Positions 1 through 8,788 of a stretch of 38,128 bases of DNA are shown one piece after another. Under the pieces are notes generated by a model. It ran no database searches. It was not told where the DNA came from and was given only the letters and a program-made list of their open reading frames with translations. The stretch's first letter is position 1. Each line of letters opens with the position of its first letter. A program made the position numbers and the translations under genes. This DNA is from Aciduliprofundum sp. (GTDB lineage: Archaea; Thermoplasmatota; Thermoplasmata; Thermoplasmatales; ARK-15), in contig PNIT01000050.1 in NCBI GenBank assembly GCA_002878135.1, positions 1 to 38,128 of the forward strand, given 5' to 3'.

Positions 1-20
1 CATTTTCAGGTTATAAAGTA

Positions 21-95
21 TGGGACCGCCGGAATTTGAATCCGGGTCGCCAGCGCCCCAGGCTGGTAGGATGGACCAAGCTACCCCACGGTCCC
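21..95 (-). tRNA. tRNA-Pro (anticodon GGG)
   Basis: The reverse complement folds as a cloverleaf. Acceptor stem is GGGACCG/CGGTCCC. Anticodon stem is CCAGC/GCTGG with loop CTGGGGC (GGG). T-arm is CCGGA-TTCAAAT-TCCGG. No intron and no encoded CCA. The D-arm junction is slightly non-canonical in my hand fold. Confidence 0.85.
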
Positions 96-96
96 T

Positions 97-327
97 TTAA
101 TCAAAATTAATTACCTCATCTATGAGGTCAATATGTGAAACTATCATCCTCCTGCAGCAATATCTCCTCACACCGAGATCATCGAATATCTTGTTTATTT
201 CCTCCGGCGTTGGATTTCTCTTTTCAGAGTTCTTTATCTTCTCCACCTCCTCCCTGAATTTAAGATAGTCCGTTGCTATCACCCTGCCGCAGGAAAAACA
301 CCTCACTGGTATTATCATAATATTCAC
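97..327 (-). CDS. rpoN: DNA-directed RNA polymerase subunit N (Rpo10)
   Basis: 76 aa. Starts MIIPVRCFSCGRVI and contains RRYCCRRM, the Zn-binding signature of Rpo10/RpoN. Sits downstream of rps9 as in the conserved archaeal operon, with a 4-nt overlap. Confidence 0.93.
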   Translation of the reverse strand: MNIMIIPVRCFSCGRVIATDYLKFREEVEKIKNSEKRNPTPEEINKIFDDLGVRRYCCRRMIVSHIDLIDEVINFD

Positions 328-722
328 CTGTATGATTTCTGCCTCTTTGCTCTAGCTCCCCTTCCCATGGGCAGCTTTGGAAGCTTTCTTCTAACATCGT
401 TAACGATGAGCGTCCTGTCATATTCCTTGAATATCTTCTCTATAGATGAATCACCAAAGAATTGGTTTATTGCTCTTGCAATGGCTGTCCTGCTCGCCTC
501 TGCCTGACCCACTATACCCCCACCCTTGACATTAACATCTATGTCCAGCTGCTTTGCCTTCTCACCTATCAGGAGTAAAGGTTCCATTATCATGGTCCTA
601 AGGAGTTCAGGCTTATATATCTCGAGGGGCACCTTATTTATCCTTACCCTCCCACTTCCTTCCCTTGCAACAGCCCTTGCCACAGCGGTTTTCCTTTTTC
701 CACTTGCTACTACTACCTTCAT
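324..722 (-). CDS. rps9: 30S ribosomal protein S9 (uS9)
   Basis: 132 aa. Contains GKRKTAVARA near the N-terminus and ends GRGARAKRQKSYR, typical of uS9. Operon context rpl13-rps9-rpoN. Confidence 0.93.
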   Translation of the reverse strand: MKVVVASGKRKTAVARAVAREGSGRVRINKVPLEIYKPELLRTMIMEPLLLIGEKAKQLDIDVNVKGGGIVGQAEASRTAIARAINQFFGDSSIEKIFKEYDRTLIVNDVRRKLPKLPMGRGARAKRQKSYR

Positions 723-731
723 TCAATCACC

Positions 732-1154
732 TCAAAACTTTGCACCAAGGTATCTGGATACCTCACCTAGGGTTACCTTATTCCTTACCCTCCTATAGAT
801 GGCATCCTCAATCTTTTCTGCACTTTTAATGTCAATATTATCTGGTACACCTATGAATACCCTCAGCCTCTTATAGGCCTCGCGACCATGAGATGTTTTA
901 AAGGGAAGCATGCCACGGACTGTTCTTCTCAATATCCTGTCTGGCATCCTGGGGTAATGGGGACCCTTCCTAACTGACCCCCTCTGCCACTTTTCAAGAT
1001 AATCCTTGAAAATAAATTCCTTGTTACCAGTTATTACGGATTTCTCCGCATTGATAATTATTACCTCTTCTCCTTCAAGTAGCATTTTTGCAACCTTCGA
1101 TGAGAGTCTTCCAACAATATGATCAGTAGCATCAATGATTTTCATATCCTTCAC
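732..1154 (-). CDS. rpl13: 50S ribosomal protein L13 (uL13)
   Basis: 140 aa. Segment IIDATDHIVGRLSSKVAKMLLEGEEVIIINAEK matches the uL13 N-terminal pattern. Conserved position between rpl18e and rps9. Confidence 0.92.
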   Translation of the reverse strand: MKDMKIIDATDHIVGRLSSKVAKMLLEGEEVIIINAEKSVITGNKEFIFKDYLEKWQRGSVRKGPHYPRMPDRILRRTVRGMLPFKTSHGREAYKRLRVFIGVPDNIDIKSAEKIEDAIYRRVRNKVTLGEVSRYLGAKF

Positions 1155-1513
1155 CCTATTATTTTAACACCTTTACCCTTCGGATTTATTGCCATCAATT
1201 CCTCTATGGTGAGTGTTTTACCGCCTGCATTTTCTATCTTTTCCTTTGCCTCACGTGAAAACCTGTAGGCAGATACTGTTACCTTTTTCTTTAACATACC
1301 TGATCCAAGCACCTTTCCAGGTACTATTATTACATCATTCTCATTAGCATATCTCTCTATCCTACTAACATTTACCTCTGGCCAGACACGTAGCGGTTTT
1401 TCTAACCTCTCAGCAATGTCTCGCCAGATGTTCACGTTCTCCTCCTTTGATTTCTGTTTAAGACTCCTTATCAAGGAGATAAGTTCAGGATTTGTTTTAT
1501 CCATCTGACTCAC
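1151..1513 (-). CDS. rpl18e: 50S ribosomal protein L18e (eL18)
   Basis: 120 aa. Segment NPELISLIRSLKQKSKEENVNIWRDIAERL is typical of archaeal L18e. Overlaps rpl13 by 4 nt. Confidence 0.88.
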   Translation of the reverse strand: MSQMDKTNPELISLIRSLKQKSKEENVNIWRDIAERLEKPLRVWPEVNVSRIERYANENDVIIVPGKVLGSGMLKKKVTVSAYRFSREAKEKIENAGGKTLTIEELMAINPKGKGVKIIG

Positions 1514-1611
1514 CCGACATTTTGTGCTAGGAATAAAAAGATTGTATTAATAAATGTTTTCCCCTAAAGGTATAAGAAAAGTGTAAAATATTGAATTACA
1601 ATCATTGTAAT

Positions 1612-2982
1612 ATGGATTTCTTCTTTAATCCTTCAACAGTTGCAGTGATAGGTGCCTCCGGAAAAAAGGGGAAGATTGGCTATGAGATAATGAACTCTCT
1701 TATGGGAACAGGTGTGAAAATATTTCCGGTTAACCCAAATGAGAATGAGATCATGGGCCTAAAATGCTACAAAAGTATATTGGATATAGATGAGCCTATA
1801 GATCTGATGATTATAAGCCTGAACGCCACACAGATACCGGATACAATCTCTGATGGTTGCAAGAAAGGTGTAAAGGGTGCCATCATTATATCCGGAGGAT
1901 TTGGTGAGCTTGGAGAGGAGGGAAAGATGCTTGAAGATAAGGTTTTGAAAATTGCAAGGAGTTGTGGAATGAGAATAATAGGACCAAATTGCATTGGCGT
2001 CTATTCATCAAAGGATAGGTTTGATACATTCTTCCAGTCGAAGGAGGCCATGAGAAGACCATCACAGGGTCCTGTTTCATTCATGACGCAATCAGGGACA
2101 TATGGTGTAACACTCCTCGAACTTCTTGATGAATCTCATGTTGGTGTGAGCAAATTCGTATCATTCGGGAACAAGATTGATGTGGATGAGAATGATATGC
2201 TAGAATACTTTTTTAAAGATGGTGAAACAAAGTTGATAGCCGCATATATTGAGGGTTTTTCAAACGGCAGGAAATTCTTTGAAAAATCCAGGGAGATATC
2301 GAAAAGGAAACCAATCGTTATACTGAAGGCGGGCAGGAGCAGTGAGGGATCAAGAGCAGCCAGATCACATACAGGTGCAATGGCCGAAAACTACCTTATT
2401 TTTGAGGGTGCTTCCAGGCAAAGCGGTTTGATCAATGTTGATGACATAGAGGATATGGTTGATATAATTAAAATTCTTGCACTACAGCCGTTACCCAGAG
2501 AGGGGCGCATTCTATTGATTACGAATGGTGCAGGGCCATGCGTAGTCACAGCCGATGCCATAGGGATTTCAAAAAATTTGAAAATGGCTGAACTTACGGA
2601 GGATCAGATAATGGAACTGAAAAAGATCCTCCCTGACTTTAGCATAATTTCTAATCCACTCGATTTAACAGGATCCGCCACCCCTGAATGGTATGAAAAA
2701 GCCCTGAACATACTAAAGGATGGTGAAAATATTGATATCTTTATACTCTATTTTGTTGTGCCAAATGCTCCCATTTACAGGAATATTGAAAGACTTTACG
2801 ATCTATTTTCAAGAAATTGGAATAAAACGTTAGTTGTAGTAATTGCGGGAGGAGAATATAGTAAAAATGTATCCAGGAGAATTGAGGAGATGGGTGTGCC
2901 CGTCATAACAACGGCAAGGAGGGTAATAAATGCTCTTGACAAGATTGTTGAGTACTCAAGATGGAAGAATGGTAGAGATTAG
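1612..2982 (+). CDS. acdA: ADP-forming acetyl-CoA synthetase, alpha subunit (CoA-binding plus CoA-ligase domains)
   Basis: Contains FFNPSTVAVIGASGKKGKIG (CoA-binding Rossmann), GPNCIGV and MTQSGT. The phosphohistidine motif RSHTGAM has its His codon at 2368-2370. The track ORF starts at TTG 1591. I prefer ATG 1612 (MDFFFNPSTVAVIGAS) because family N-termini start there. Confidence 0.85.
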   Translation: MDFFFNPSTVAVIGASGKKGKIGYEIMNSLMGTGVKIFPVNPNENEIMGLKCYKSILDIDEPIDLMIISLNATQIPDTISDGCKKGVKGAIIISGGFGELGEEGKMLEDKVLKIARSCGMRIIGPNCIGVYSSKDRFDTFFQSKEAMRRPSQGPVSFMTQSGTYGVTLLELLDESHVGVSKFVSFGNKIDVDENDMLEYFFKDGETKLIAAYIEGFSNGRKFFEKSREISKRKPIVILKAGRSSEGSRAARSHTGAMAENYLIFEGASRQSGLINVDDIEDMVDIIKILALQPLPREGRILLITNGAGPCVVTADAIGISKNLKMAELTEDQIMELKKILPDFSIISNPLDLTGSATPEWYEKALNILKDGENIDIFILYFVVPNAPIYRNIERLYDLFSRNWNKTLVVVIAGGEYSKNVSRRIEEMGVPVITTARRVINALDKIVEYSRWKNGRD

Positions 2983-3454
2983 AAGGGCAGAAACGGATGA
3001 TGCACCTGGAATAATAGATTGTTTTAATGATGTAATGAGTGAGGGTATCTACCTGCTCGGTGAAAGATATCTGGGGGATGAGGCTTTCCTTGAGATGAGG
3101 ATCAGGGACGAATTCAATGAACTTTTTCTTGTGGCCATCCATAATAATAAAGTTATAGGAGTTCTAACATTAACAAGGGAATCATTTCAAAAAAATAGGC
3201 ATGTGGCATTCCTGGGCATTGCCATCAGGAGGGGATTCAGACACCAGGGTATTGGTAGGGCAATGATGGAGATGTCCTTCGAATGGGCTAGGGAGATGGG
3301 TATAGAGAAGATATGCCTTGAGGTTTTCTCAACCAATGTGAATGCAATAGAACTCTATAAAAAGTTGGGTTTTGAGATAGAGGGAATAAGGAAAAAACAG
3401 TTCAAGATTGAGGGTAATTATGTGGATGATGTGTTAATGGCTAAATTTTTATAG
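2969..3454 (+). CDS. GNAT-family N-acetyltransferase
   Basis: Acetyl-CoA binding motif RHQGIGRAM (R/Q-x-x-G-x-G/A). Typical GNAT length of 161 aa when started at ATG 2969 (MVEIRRAETDDAPGI). That start overlaps the acdA stop by 14 nt. The track ORF begins at 2930. Confidence 0.85.
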   Translation: MVEIRRAETDDAPGIIDCFNDVMSEGIYLLGERYLGDEAFLEMRIRDEFNELFLVAIHNNKVIGVLTLTRESFQKNRHVAFLGIAIRRGFRHQGIGRAMMEMSFEWAREMGIEKICLEVFSTNVNAIELYKKLGFEIEGIRKKQFKIEGNYVDDVLMAKFL

Positions 3455-3473
3455 TGAAAATTATTAATTTTTT

Positions 3474-5006
3474 ATGATGATTTTAACCATAAGGGAGGTT
3501 GACATTAAAACAGGAAAAAGGGAGATAATCCTAAACGAGGATGATTCGAAGAAGTTAGGAGTACAACCGGGTTTCAGGGTGGTTTTATCTAAAAAGAATT
3601 TTAAAAGGATCTTCTTTGCTTCAGTATCCTCCACAATTATAAAGAGTGGTGAGGCCATAGTTTCTCCTGATTCTGGATTGAAGAAGGGTGATGTTGTTGA
3701 TGTATCAAATGCTCCACCATTGAAATCCACTGAGGCCATAAAGAAAAAGGTCTATGGCAACAAGCTCAACGCCGATGAAATAAGGGCTATTGTTGAGGAT
3801 ATTGTTGATGAAAATCTCTCACATATAGAATTGGCAAGTTATGTGACGGCCATACAGACAGTGGATCTTGATGATGATGAAATTACATATATGATAGATT
3901 CAATGGTTTCCACTGGAGAATCAATTAAGTTTGATTACGATGTATACGATGTTCACAGCATAGGTGGTGTTCCAGGAAATAAATACGCTTTAATCACTGT
4001 CCCTATCCTTGCCGCTGCAGGTTTAAGGGTACCAAAGACTTCCTCAAGGGCGATAAGCAGTGCTGCAGGAACGGCAGACGTAATGGAGGTGCTTGCTAGG
4101 GTAGATCTATCGATGGAAGAGATAAAGAAGGTGGTGGATGGTACGGGTGCTGCTCTTGTCTGGGGAGGAGCGCTGAATCTGGCCCCAGCTGATGATAAGA
4201 TCATAAGGGTGGAACAGCCGCTTGGACTGGATCCACAGGCGCAGGTAATATCATCAGTGCTTGCAAAGAAGAGATCCACAGGTATAGGTACCCTGCTTAT
4301 AGATATTCCAATGGGGGAGGATGCAAAGGTAAAGAATGAGGGCGAGGCTAGGAGACTTGCTGAGAGGTTCATAAGGATTGGTACGAGGATTGGGATTGAG
4401 ACGAGCTGTGCCATCACATACGGTGGTCAACCATTGGGCAGGGCCGTCGGTCCAGCCATAGAGGCACAGGAGGCACTCAGGGCCCTGGAGGGTAAGCAGA
4501 CCTCAAACAGCCTTATAGTAAAATCAATTGAGCTCGCATCAATACTCCTGGAAACAAGTGGCGTTGTAGAAAAGGGTAAAGGAAAGGATATCTCCAGATC
4601 CATACTTTCAAGCGGTAAGGCAAGGGAAAAGATGCTTGAGATCATAAATGCACAGGGAAGCAGGGGTATAGAAAAAAGTGATGATATAGAACTGGGGAAA
4701 TATGTTGAGGAGATTGCATCACCCACCGATGGTTACATCTCCTACGTATCAAATAAAGCCATAGTTGAAATAGCAAGGACCCTGGGTGCCCCATTCTCAA
4801 AAAAGGCAGGTGTCTGGGTCTCAAAGAAGATTGGTGATAAGGTTGAGAAGAATGAGGGCATATTCATTCTTTACTCTGAAAATAGGGACAGGCTGGAGAA
4901 TGCACTGAGGCTTTCCAGGAAGCTTAGGTTATATGAGATTGAGGGCATGGTTTTGGAGAGTATACACGGTGATCTCTATAAAACACTAAGGGGTGTTAAA
5001 AAATGA
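3474..5006 (+). CDS. deoA: AMP phosphorylase (archaeal thymidine-phosphorylase family with N-terminal extension)
   Basis: 510 aa. Has the N-terminal about 90-aa domain (LTIREVDIKTGKREIILNEDD) typical of archaeal AMP phosphorylases. This is followed by a glycosyl-transferase family 3 core (HSIGGVPGNK, TSSRAISSAAGTAD, GLDPQ). Confidence 0.8.
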   Translation: MMILTIREVDIKTGKREIILNEDDSKKLGVQPGFRVVLSKKNFKRIFFASVSSTIIKSGEAIVSPDSGLKKGDVVDVSNAPPLKSTEAIKKKVYGNKLNADEIRAIVEDIVDENLSHIELASYVTAIQTVDLDDDEITYMIDSMVSTGESIKFDYDVYDVHSIGGVPGNKYALITVPILAAAGLRVPKTSSRAISSAAGTADVMEVLARVDLSMEEIKKVVDGTGAALVWGGALNLAPADDKIIRVEQPLGLDPQAQVISSVLAKKRSTGIGTLLIDIPMGEDAKVKNEGEARRLAERFIRIGTRIGIETSCAITYGGQPLGRAVGPAIEAQEALRALEGKQTSNSLIVKSIELASILLETSGVVEKGKGKDISRSILSSGKAREKMLEIINAQGSRGIEKSDDIELGKYVEEIASPTDGYISYVSNKAIVEIARTLGAPFSKKAGVWVSKKIGDKVEKNEGIFILYSENRDRLENALRLSRKLRLYEIEGMVLESIHGDLYKTLRGVKK

Positions 5007-5239
5007 AAATAAGGGTAAGATATTTTGGACTTTACAGGGATATAGCTGGGAAGATGGAGGAGAATTTAGAGGGAGATTTCAGATATCTAAGCCAGCTTAT
5101 ATCCTACCTTGAGAAAAAGTACAGGGATTTCAGGACCGACCATCTTGTGGTCTCAATAAACTATAGATATGTTGAAGGTGATCAAGAGCTTAAGGAGGGT
5201 GATGAGGTAGCCATAATGTCACCTGTTAGTGGTGGATAA
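5003..5239 (+). CDS. MoaD/ThiS-family beta-grasp protein ending in Gly-Gly (SAMP-like small modifier or sulfur carrier)
   Basis: 78 aa. Begins MKIRVRYFG and ends EGDEVAIMSPVSGG-stop, the classical MoaD/SAMP C-terminus. ATGA start/stop overlap with the preceding gene, with GGGGTG upstream. Confidence 0.8.
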   Translation: MKIRVRYFGLYRDIAGKMEENLEGDFRYLSQLISYLEKKYRDFRTDHLVVSINYRYVEGDQELKEGDEVAIMSPVSGG

Positions 5240-5284
5240 ATTAATATGTGAATATCCATTTACAGTTTTTGAGGCTCGATCCCT

Positions 5285-6757
5285 ATGCCGGAAACCTTGA
5301 TTTATAGGCTGAATTTTAAAAGAGTTCCAATTAAAAGCGCTCCACCGGACCAGAGGAAAAAGGACTTTAAGATGCAGGTGACCCTTGGTTATTCCAAGGC
5401 TGAGGCAATGAGGGAGGCATCAAGATGCATGGGTTGCGGTCTTTGCATACAGGGATGCCCGGCAAGATTGGATATACCAGGTTATGTACAGGCAATTGCC
5501 AGGGGTGAATTTGAGAAAAGCCTAAGGATCATAATGAGGGATCTACCATTCCCAGAGATATGCGGAAACATATGCACACACAACTGCGAGGATAATTGTG
5601 TGTACAAAGAACCAGTTGCCATAAGGCATCTGAAGAGATTTGTTGCAGAACAATTCCCCGATTATTCTAAGGTACTTGAACACAAGAGGAGGGAAAAAAC
5701 AGGAAGAAAGGTGGCGATTATAGGGGCAGGGCCTGCAGGTCTTACAGTGGCCTACTATCTGACAATGTTTGGTGTTGAATGCACCGTTTATGATGCACTC
5801 CCAGTTCCACTGGGTATGCTTAACGTTGGTATTCCAAAGTATAGATTACCAATGAAGGTGCTTGAGAAAGAATATAACTTTATAAAGAATGCAGGTGTGA
5901 GATTTTTCTTCAACACAAGGGTGGGGAAGGATATTCCTTTTCAGGATATCATGAAAGGCTATGATGCCATATTTTTGGGCATAGGGAATATGAAGGGAAA
6001 TATGACAGGTACACCTGGCAGCGATGGTAAATATGTTTACCACGCTCTGGATTTCCTGAGAAAGGCGAATCTTGGTGAGGAAATACCCATGGGAAAAAAG
6101 GTGGCAATAATAGGGGGAGGATTCACAGCTATGGATTCAGCAAGAACTGCACTCAGACTTGGGGCTGAAAAGGTTTACGTCCTTTACAGAAGGAGAGCTG
6201 AGGACAGGCCGGGTTATCCAAGCGGAAATGCTGAGGAGGAGATGGAGGAGACTGTGGAAGAGGGTGTAGAATTCCTATGGAAGATAACACCCATTGAATA
6301 TGTAAAGGATTCAAACGGCATGATAAGGGGTATAAGATACTGGAAGAATGAAATGGTGAGCGATGGTTCTGGGGGTAGGTTAAAGCCTGTACCAATCAAG
6401 GATGTTGAATTTTTCATTGAGGTGGATACCATTATAGAGGCAACTGGTCAGAGCACGGATATTTCATTCCTTCCACCTGAGATATCAAAATCCCTGAAGA
6501 TGAAGGGTAATGAGATACTTGTTGATGAAAATGGCATGACCTCTGTACCAGGAATTTTTGCCGGAGGAGACTCAACAAATTCAACGAAGAATTTTATAAG
6601 CGCTGTTGCGGACGGGAACAGGGCTGTAAAGGGAATACTAAGATATCTTAAGATTGATTTTACTACACTAGAAAAGGTTGAGTGCAACAAGATGTCGCAG
6701 GTAGTGAAGGAATCTACCGGTAAAGATGTGAAATGCAACGACTACATAGAGATCTAG
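5285..6757 (+). CDS. GltD-like NAD(P)H-dependent FAD/Fe-S oxidoreductase (glutamate synthase small-chain / SudA family)
   Basis: Has an N-terminal Cys cluster (RCMGCGLCIQGCP, CGNICTHNCEDNC). Contains two Rossmann motifs (VAIIGAGPAGL, VAIIGGGFTAMD) and GIFAGGD near the C-terminus. Confidence 0.8.
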   Translation: MPETLIYRLNFKRVPIKSAPPDQRKKDFKMQVTLGYSKAEAMREASRCMGCGLCIQGCPARLDIPGYVQAIARGEFEKSLRIIMRDLPFPEICGNICTHNCEDNCVYKEPVAIRHLKRFVAEQFPDYSKVLEHKRREKTGRKVAIIGAGPAGLTVAYYLTMFGVECTVYDALPVPLGMLNVGIPKYRLPMKVLEKEYNFIKNAGVRFFFNTRVGKDIPFQDIMKGYDAIFLGIGNMKGNMTGTPGSDGKYVYHALDFLRKANLGEEIPMGKKVAIIGGGFTAMDSARTALRLGAEKVYVLYRRRAEDRPGYPSGNAEEEMEETVEEGVEFLWKITPIEYVKDSNGMIRGIRYWKNEMVSDGSGGRLKPVPIKDVEFFIEVDTIIEATGQSTDISFLPPEISKSLKMKGNEILVDENGMTSVPGIFAGGDSTNSTKNFISAVADGNRAVKGILRYLKIDFTTLEKVECNKMSQVVKESTGKDVKCNDYIEI

Positions 6758-6792
6758 AAAAGATAATATCTCTGGAATCATTTACCTAAGCA

Positions 6793-7167
6793 ATGGAAGA
6801 TCCAGCAAAGAAATATTTCAACTGCAATGATAGGGAAAGGGCAGTGTTTGAGGCGGGAATAAAGCTTGGTACAATATATCATCAGTTTGTTGGAACTCCC
6901 ATAAGCAAGGATAATGTTGAGCCACTTGAGAGGTCCATAGAAGAAAGTATTAAGGTACAGCCCTTCGTAAAGGATGTGAAAGTAAGGATTAGGAGGGACA
7001 GGATAAGGAAGAAGAAGGGTCTTTACAAATACCTTACCTTAACAGGTGATATGCTGGATGTTGAACTGGTTGTTCAATACAACAATGTGGAGGCTGTATG
7101 CTACTTGAGGTATATTGAGGAGATGAACTACCCACTCATGTATATAGGTGAAATAAAAGTGATTTAG
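6793..7167 (+). CDS. mptD: Archaeal-type dihydroneopterin aldolase (MptD-like, COG2098)
   Basis: 124 aa. Segment RERAVFEAGIKLGTIYHQFVGTPIS resembles my memory of the conserved core of the archaeal DHNA/MptD family. Assigned from recall only. Confidence 0.55.
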   Translation: MEDPAKKYFNCNDRERAVFEAGIKLGTIYHQFVGTPISKDNVEPLERSIEESIKVQPFVKDVKVRIRRDRIRKKKGLYKYLTLTGDMLDVELVVQYNNVEAVCYLRYIEEMNYPLMYIGEIKVI

Positions 7168-7168
7168 G

Positions 7169-7702
7169 ATGTATGTGAAGATTGGTATTAGTGGCCTGCC
7201 TGGCGTAGGTAAAACAACAACACTTTTAAAAACAATTGAACTCCTTGAAAAGGAATACACGGTTGGTGGAATAATAACAGAGGAGATCCTTGAAAACAAG
7301 GTGAGGGTAGGTTTCACCATCATGGACTGGTCAACAAAGGAGAAGAAGGTTTTTGCCTCAAAATATATACAGTCAAGGAATAAAGTAGGGAAGTATGGCA
7401 TAGATACAGGCGTACTTGATGATTTGGGTGTAAGGGCTCTGGAAAATGCAAAGCAGAAGGATATAATAATCATAGATGAGATTGGAAAGATGGAGCTAGA
7501 ATCAAGAAAATTGACCGAGAAGATAAAAGAGATCCTTGAGATGGAAAAGAATATAATAATGACACTGAACAAAAAATCAAGAAATCCACTACTCCAGGAC
7601 ATAAGGAGGATGGATGATGTCAGGATTCTGGAGGTAACACCTGTCAACAGAACGATCCTACCCTATAAAATAGTTGGAATAATAAAAGGCGAACAGATTT
7701 AG
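7169..7702 (+). CDS. Nucleoside-triphosphatase THEP1 family (MJ1559-like)
   Basis: 177 aa. Walker A motif is GISGLPGVGKTT. Walker B-like motif is IIIIDEIGKMEL. Size and motif spacing are typical of THEP1 NTPases. Confidence 0.8.
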   Translation: MYVKIGISGLPGVGKTTTLLKTIELLEKEYTVGGIITEEILENKVRVGFTIMDWSTKEKKVFASKYIQSRNKVGKYGIDTGVLDDLGVRALENAKQKDIIIIDEIGKMELESRKLTEKIKEILEMEKNIIMTLNKKSRNPLLQDIRRMDDVRILEVTPVNRTILPYKIVGIIKGEQI

Positions 7703-7709
7703 AAATGGG

Positions 7710-8747
7710 GTGAGGCCCTTGAATGTAAGGGAGGGACTTGTTGAGATAGAGGTACCTGAGGTTTTCTCAAAGGGACCAGGTAAAAGGTCCATCGCATATT
7801 ATTCAAGATCAATGGTTATATCAAGGGACCTCACCATATTCATTATAAGGAATTATTTAAAGGAGGGGGGGAGAGCACTCGACCTCCTTGGAGGTTCAGG
7901 TGTGAGGGGTTTAAGGATTGAGAAGGAATGCAACATGGATGTAACAATAAATGAAAAAAATAGGGAGGCCTTAAAATTCATACACAGGAATAAAGAATTA
8001 AATGGATCAAATGCCAGGATAACTGAGTGCAATGCGGAAAGATGTTTCCCCGATGGTTTTTATGATTATATAGATATAGATCCCTACGGTACGCCGGTAC
8101 CATTTCTTGATGGTGCATTTAAATCAATTAGAAACAAAGGTATAATTGGTATTACCTCAACGGATGTTTCTAACCTGGCGGGCACCAACCCGGATAAAAC
8201 ATTCTATCTATATCATTCAATACCAGAAAGAAATTATCTTAAGCATGAGGTGGGTATGAGAATTCTTATTGCATATGTTTCAAAGCGGGCTGCAGAATAT
8301 GGTTTTGGGATTGAACCATTACTTTCATATTTTGGAGGATACTACTACAGAATATTTTTGAGGGTAAGGAGGGGTAAAAAATGGGCGGTTGGATCACTTT
8401 CATACGTGCAGGAGATCTTCGGTAGGGGATACTTTAGAAAGATTGGACCCCTCTGGATAGGTAATCTGCACTCTAATGCTGAATATACAATACCTTCAAA
8501 TCTTGAGAGTGAGAAGGAGATTTTGAACCTATTGAGGATATCCAATGATGAAAACCTTCTTTTCTTTTACTCCACTGAAGAGCTTGGTAGGTTCAGCGGT
8601 GGTATAATGCCCAGAATAGATAATCTTATCAATAGGCTGAGGGAACAGGGTTATAGAGCCTCAAGAACACAGTTCTCTCCTGTTGGACTAAAAACAAATT
8701 GTACCTTACCATGTATCTTGAAAATTTTAAAAATGAAAGATTTATAA
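7710..8747 (+). CDS. trm1: tRNA (guanine26-N2)-dimethyltransferase
   Basis: 345 aa. Segments ALDLLGGSGVRGLR (SAM motif I) and IDIDPYGTPVPFLDGA are characteristic of Trm1. Starts at GTG 7710. Confidence 0.85.
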   Translation: MRPLNVREGLVEIEVPEVFSKGPGKRSIAYYSRSMVISRDLTIFIIRNYLKEGGRALDLLGGSGVRGLRIEKECNMDVTINEKNREALKFIHRNKELNGSNARITECNAERCFPDGFYDYIDIDPYGTPVPFLDGAFKSIRNKGIIGITSTDVSNLAGTNPDKTFYLYHSIPERNYLKHEVGMRILIAYVSKRAAEYGFGIEPLLSYFGGYYYRIFLRVRRGKKWAVGSLSYVQEIFGRGYFRKIGPLWIGNLHSNAEYTIPSNLESEKEILNLLRISNDENLLFFYSTEELGRFSGGIMPRIDNLINRLREQGYRASRTQFSPVGLKTNCTLPCILKILKMKDL

Positions 8748-8788
8748 AGTAAAAAATGTTTATGAAAAAGAGTTGAGGTGATTAGAAT

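Noticed and set aside
1591-1611. N-terminal extensions in track ORFs: acdA from TTG 1591, GNAT from 2930, LigB-like from 22525, EndoIII-like from 21398
   Set aside because: The extensions add non-conserved residues and create long overlaps with upstream genes. Internal starts (1612, 2969, 22462 and TTG 21287) give family-typical N-termini and compact 4-17-nt overlaps or short gaps.
3953-4726. 154-aa and 99-aa ORFs antisense to the AMP phosphorylase gene
   Set aside because: These are Ala/Ser/Pro-rich mirror-frame translations of a relatively GC-rich, well-supported gene. They have no start context or motifs.
7039-7647. 202-aa ORF antisense to the THEP1 NTPase gene
   Set aside because: It is entirely embedded antisense in a gene with clear Walker A and B motifs. 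Its translation is low-complexity (S/F/I-rich) with no recognisable motif. This is the typical shadow ORF of an A/G-rich coding strand.
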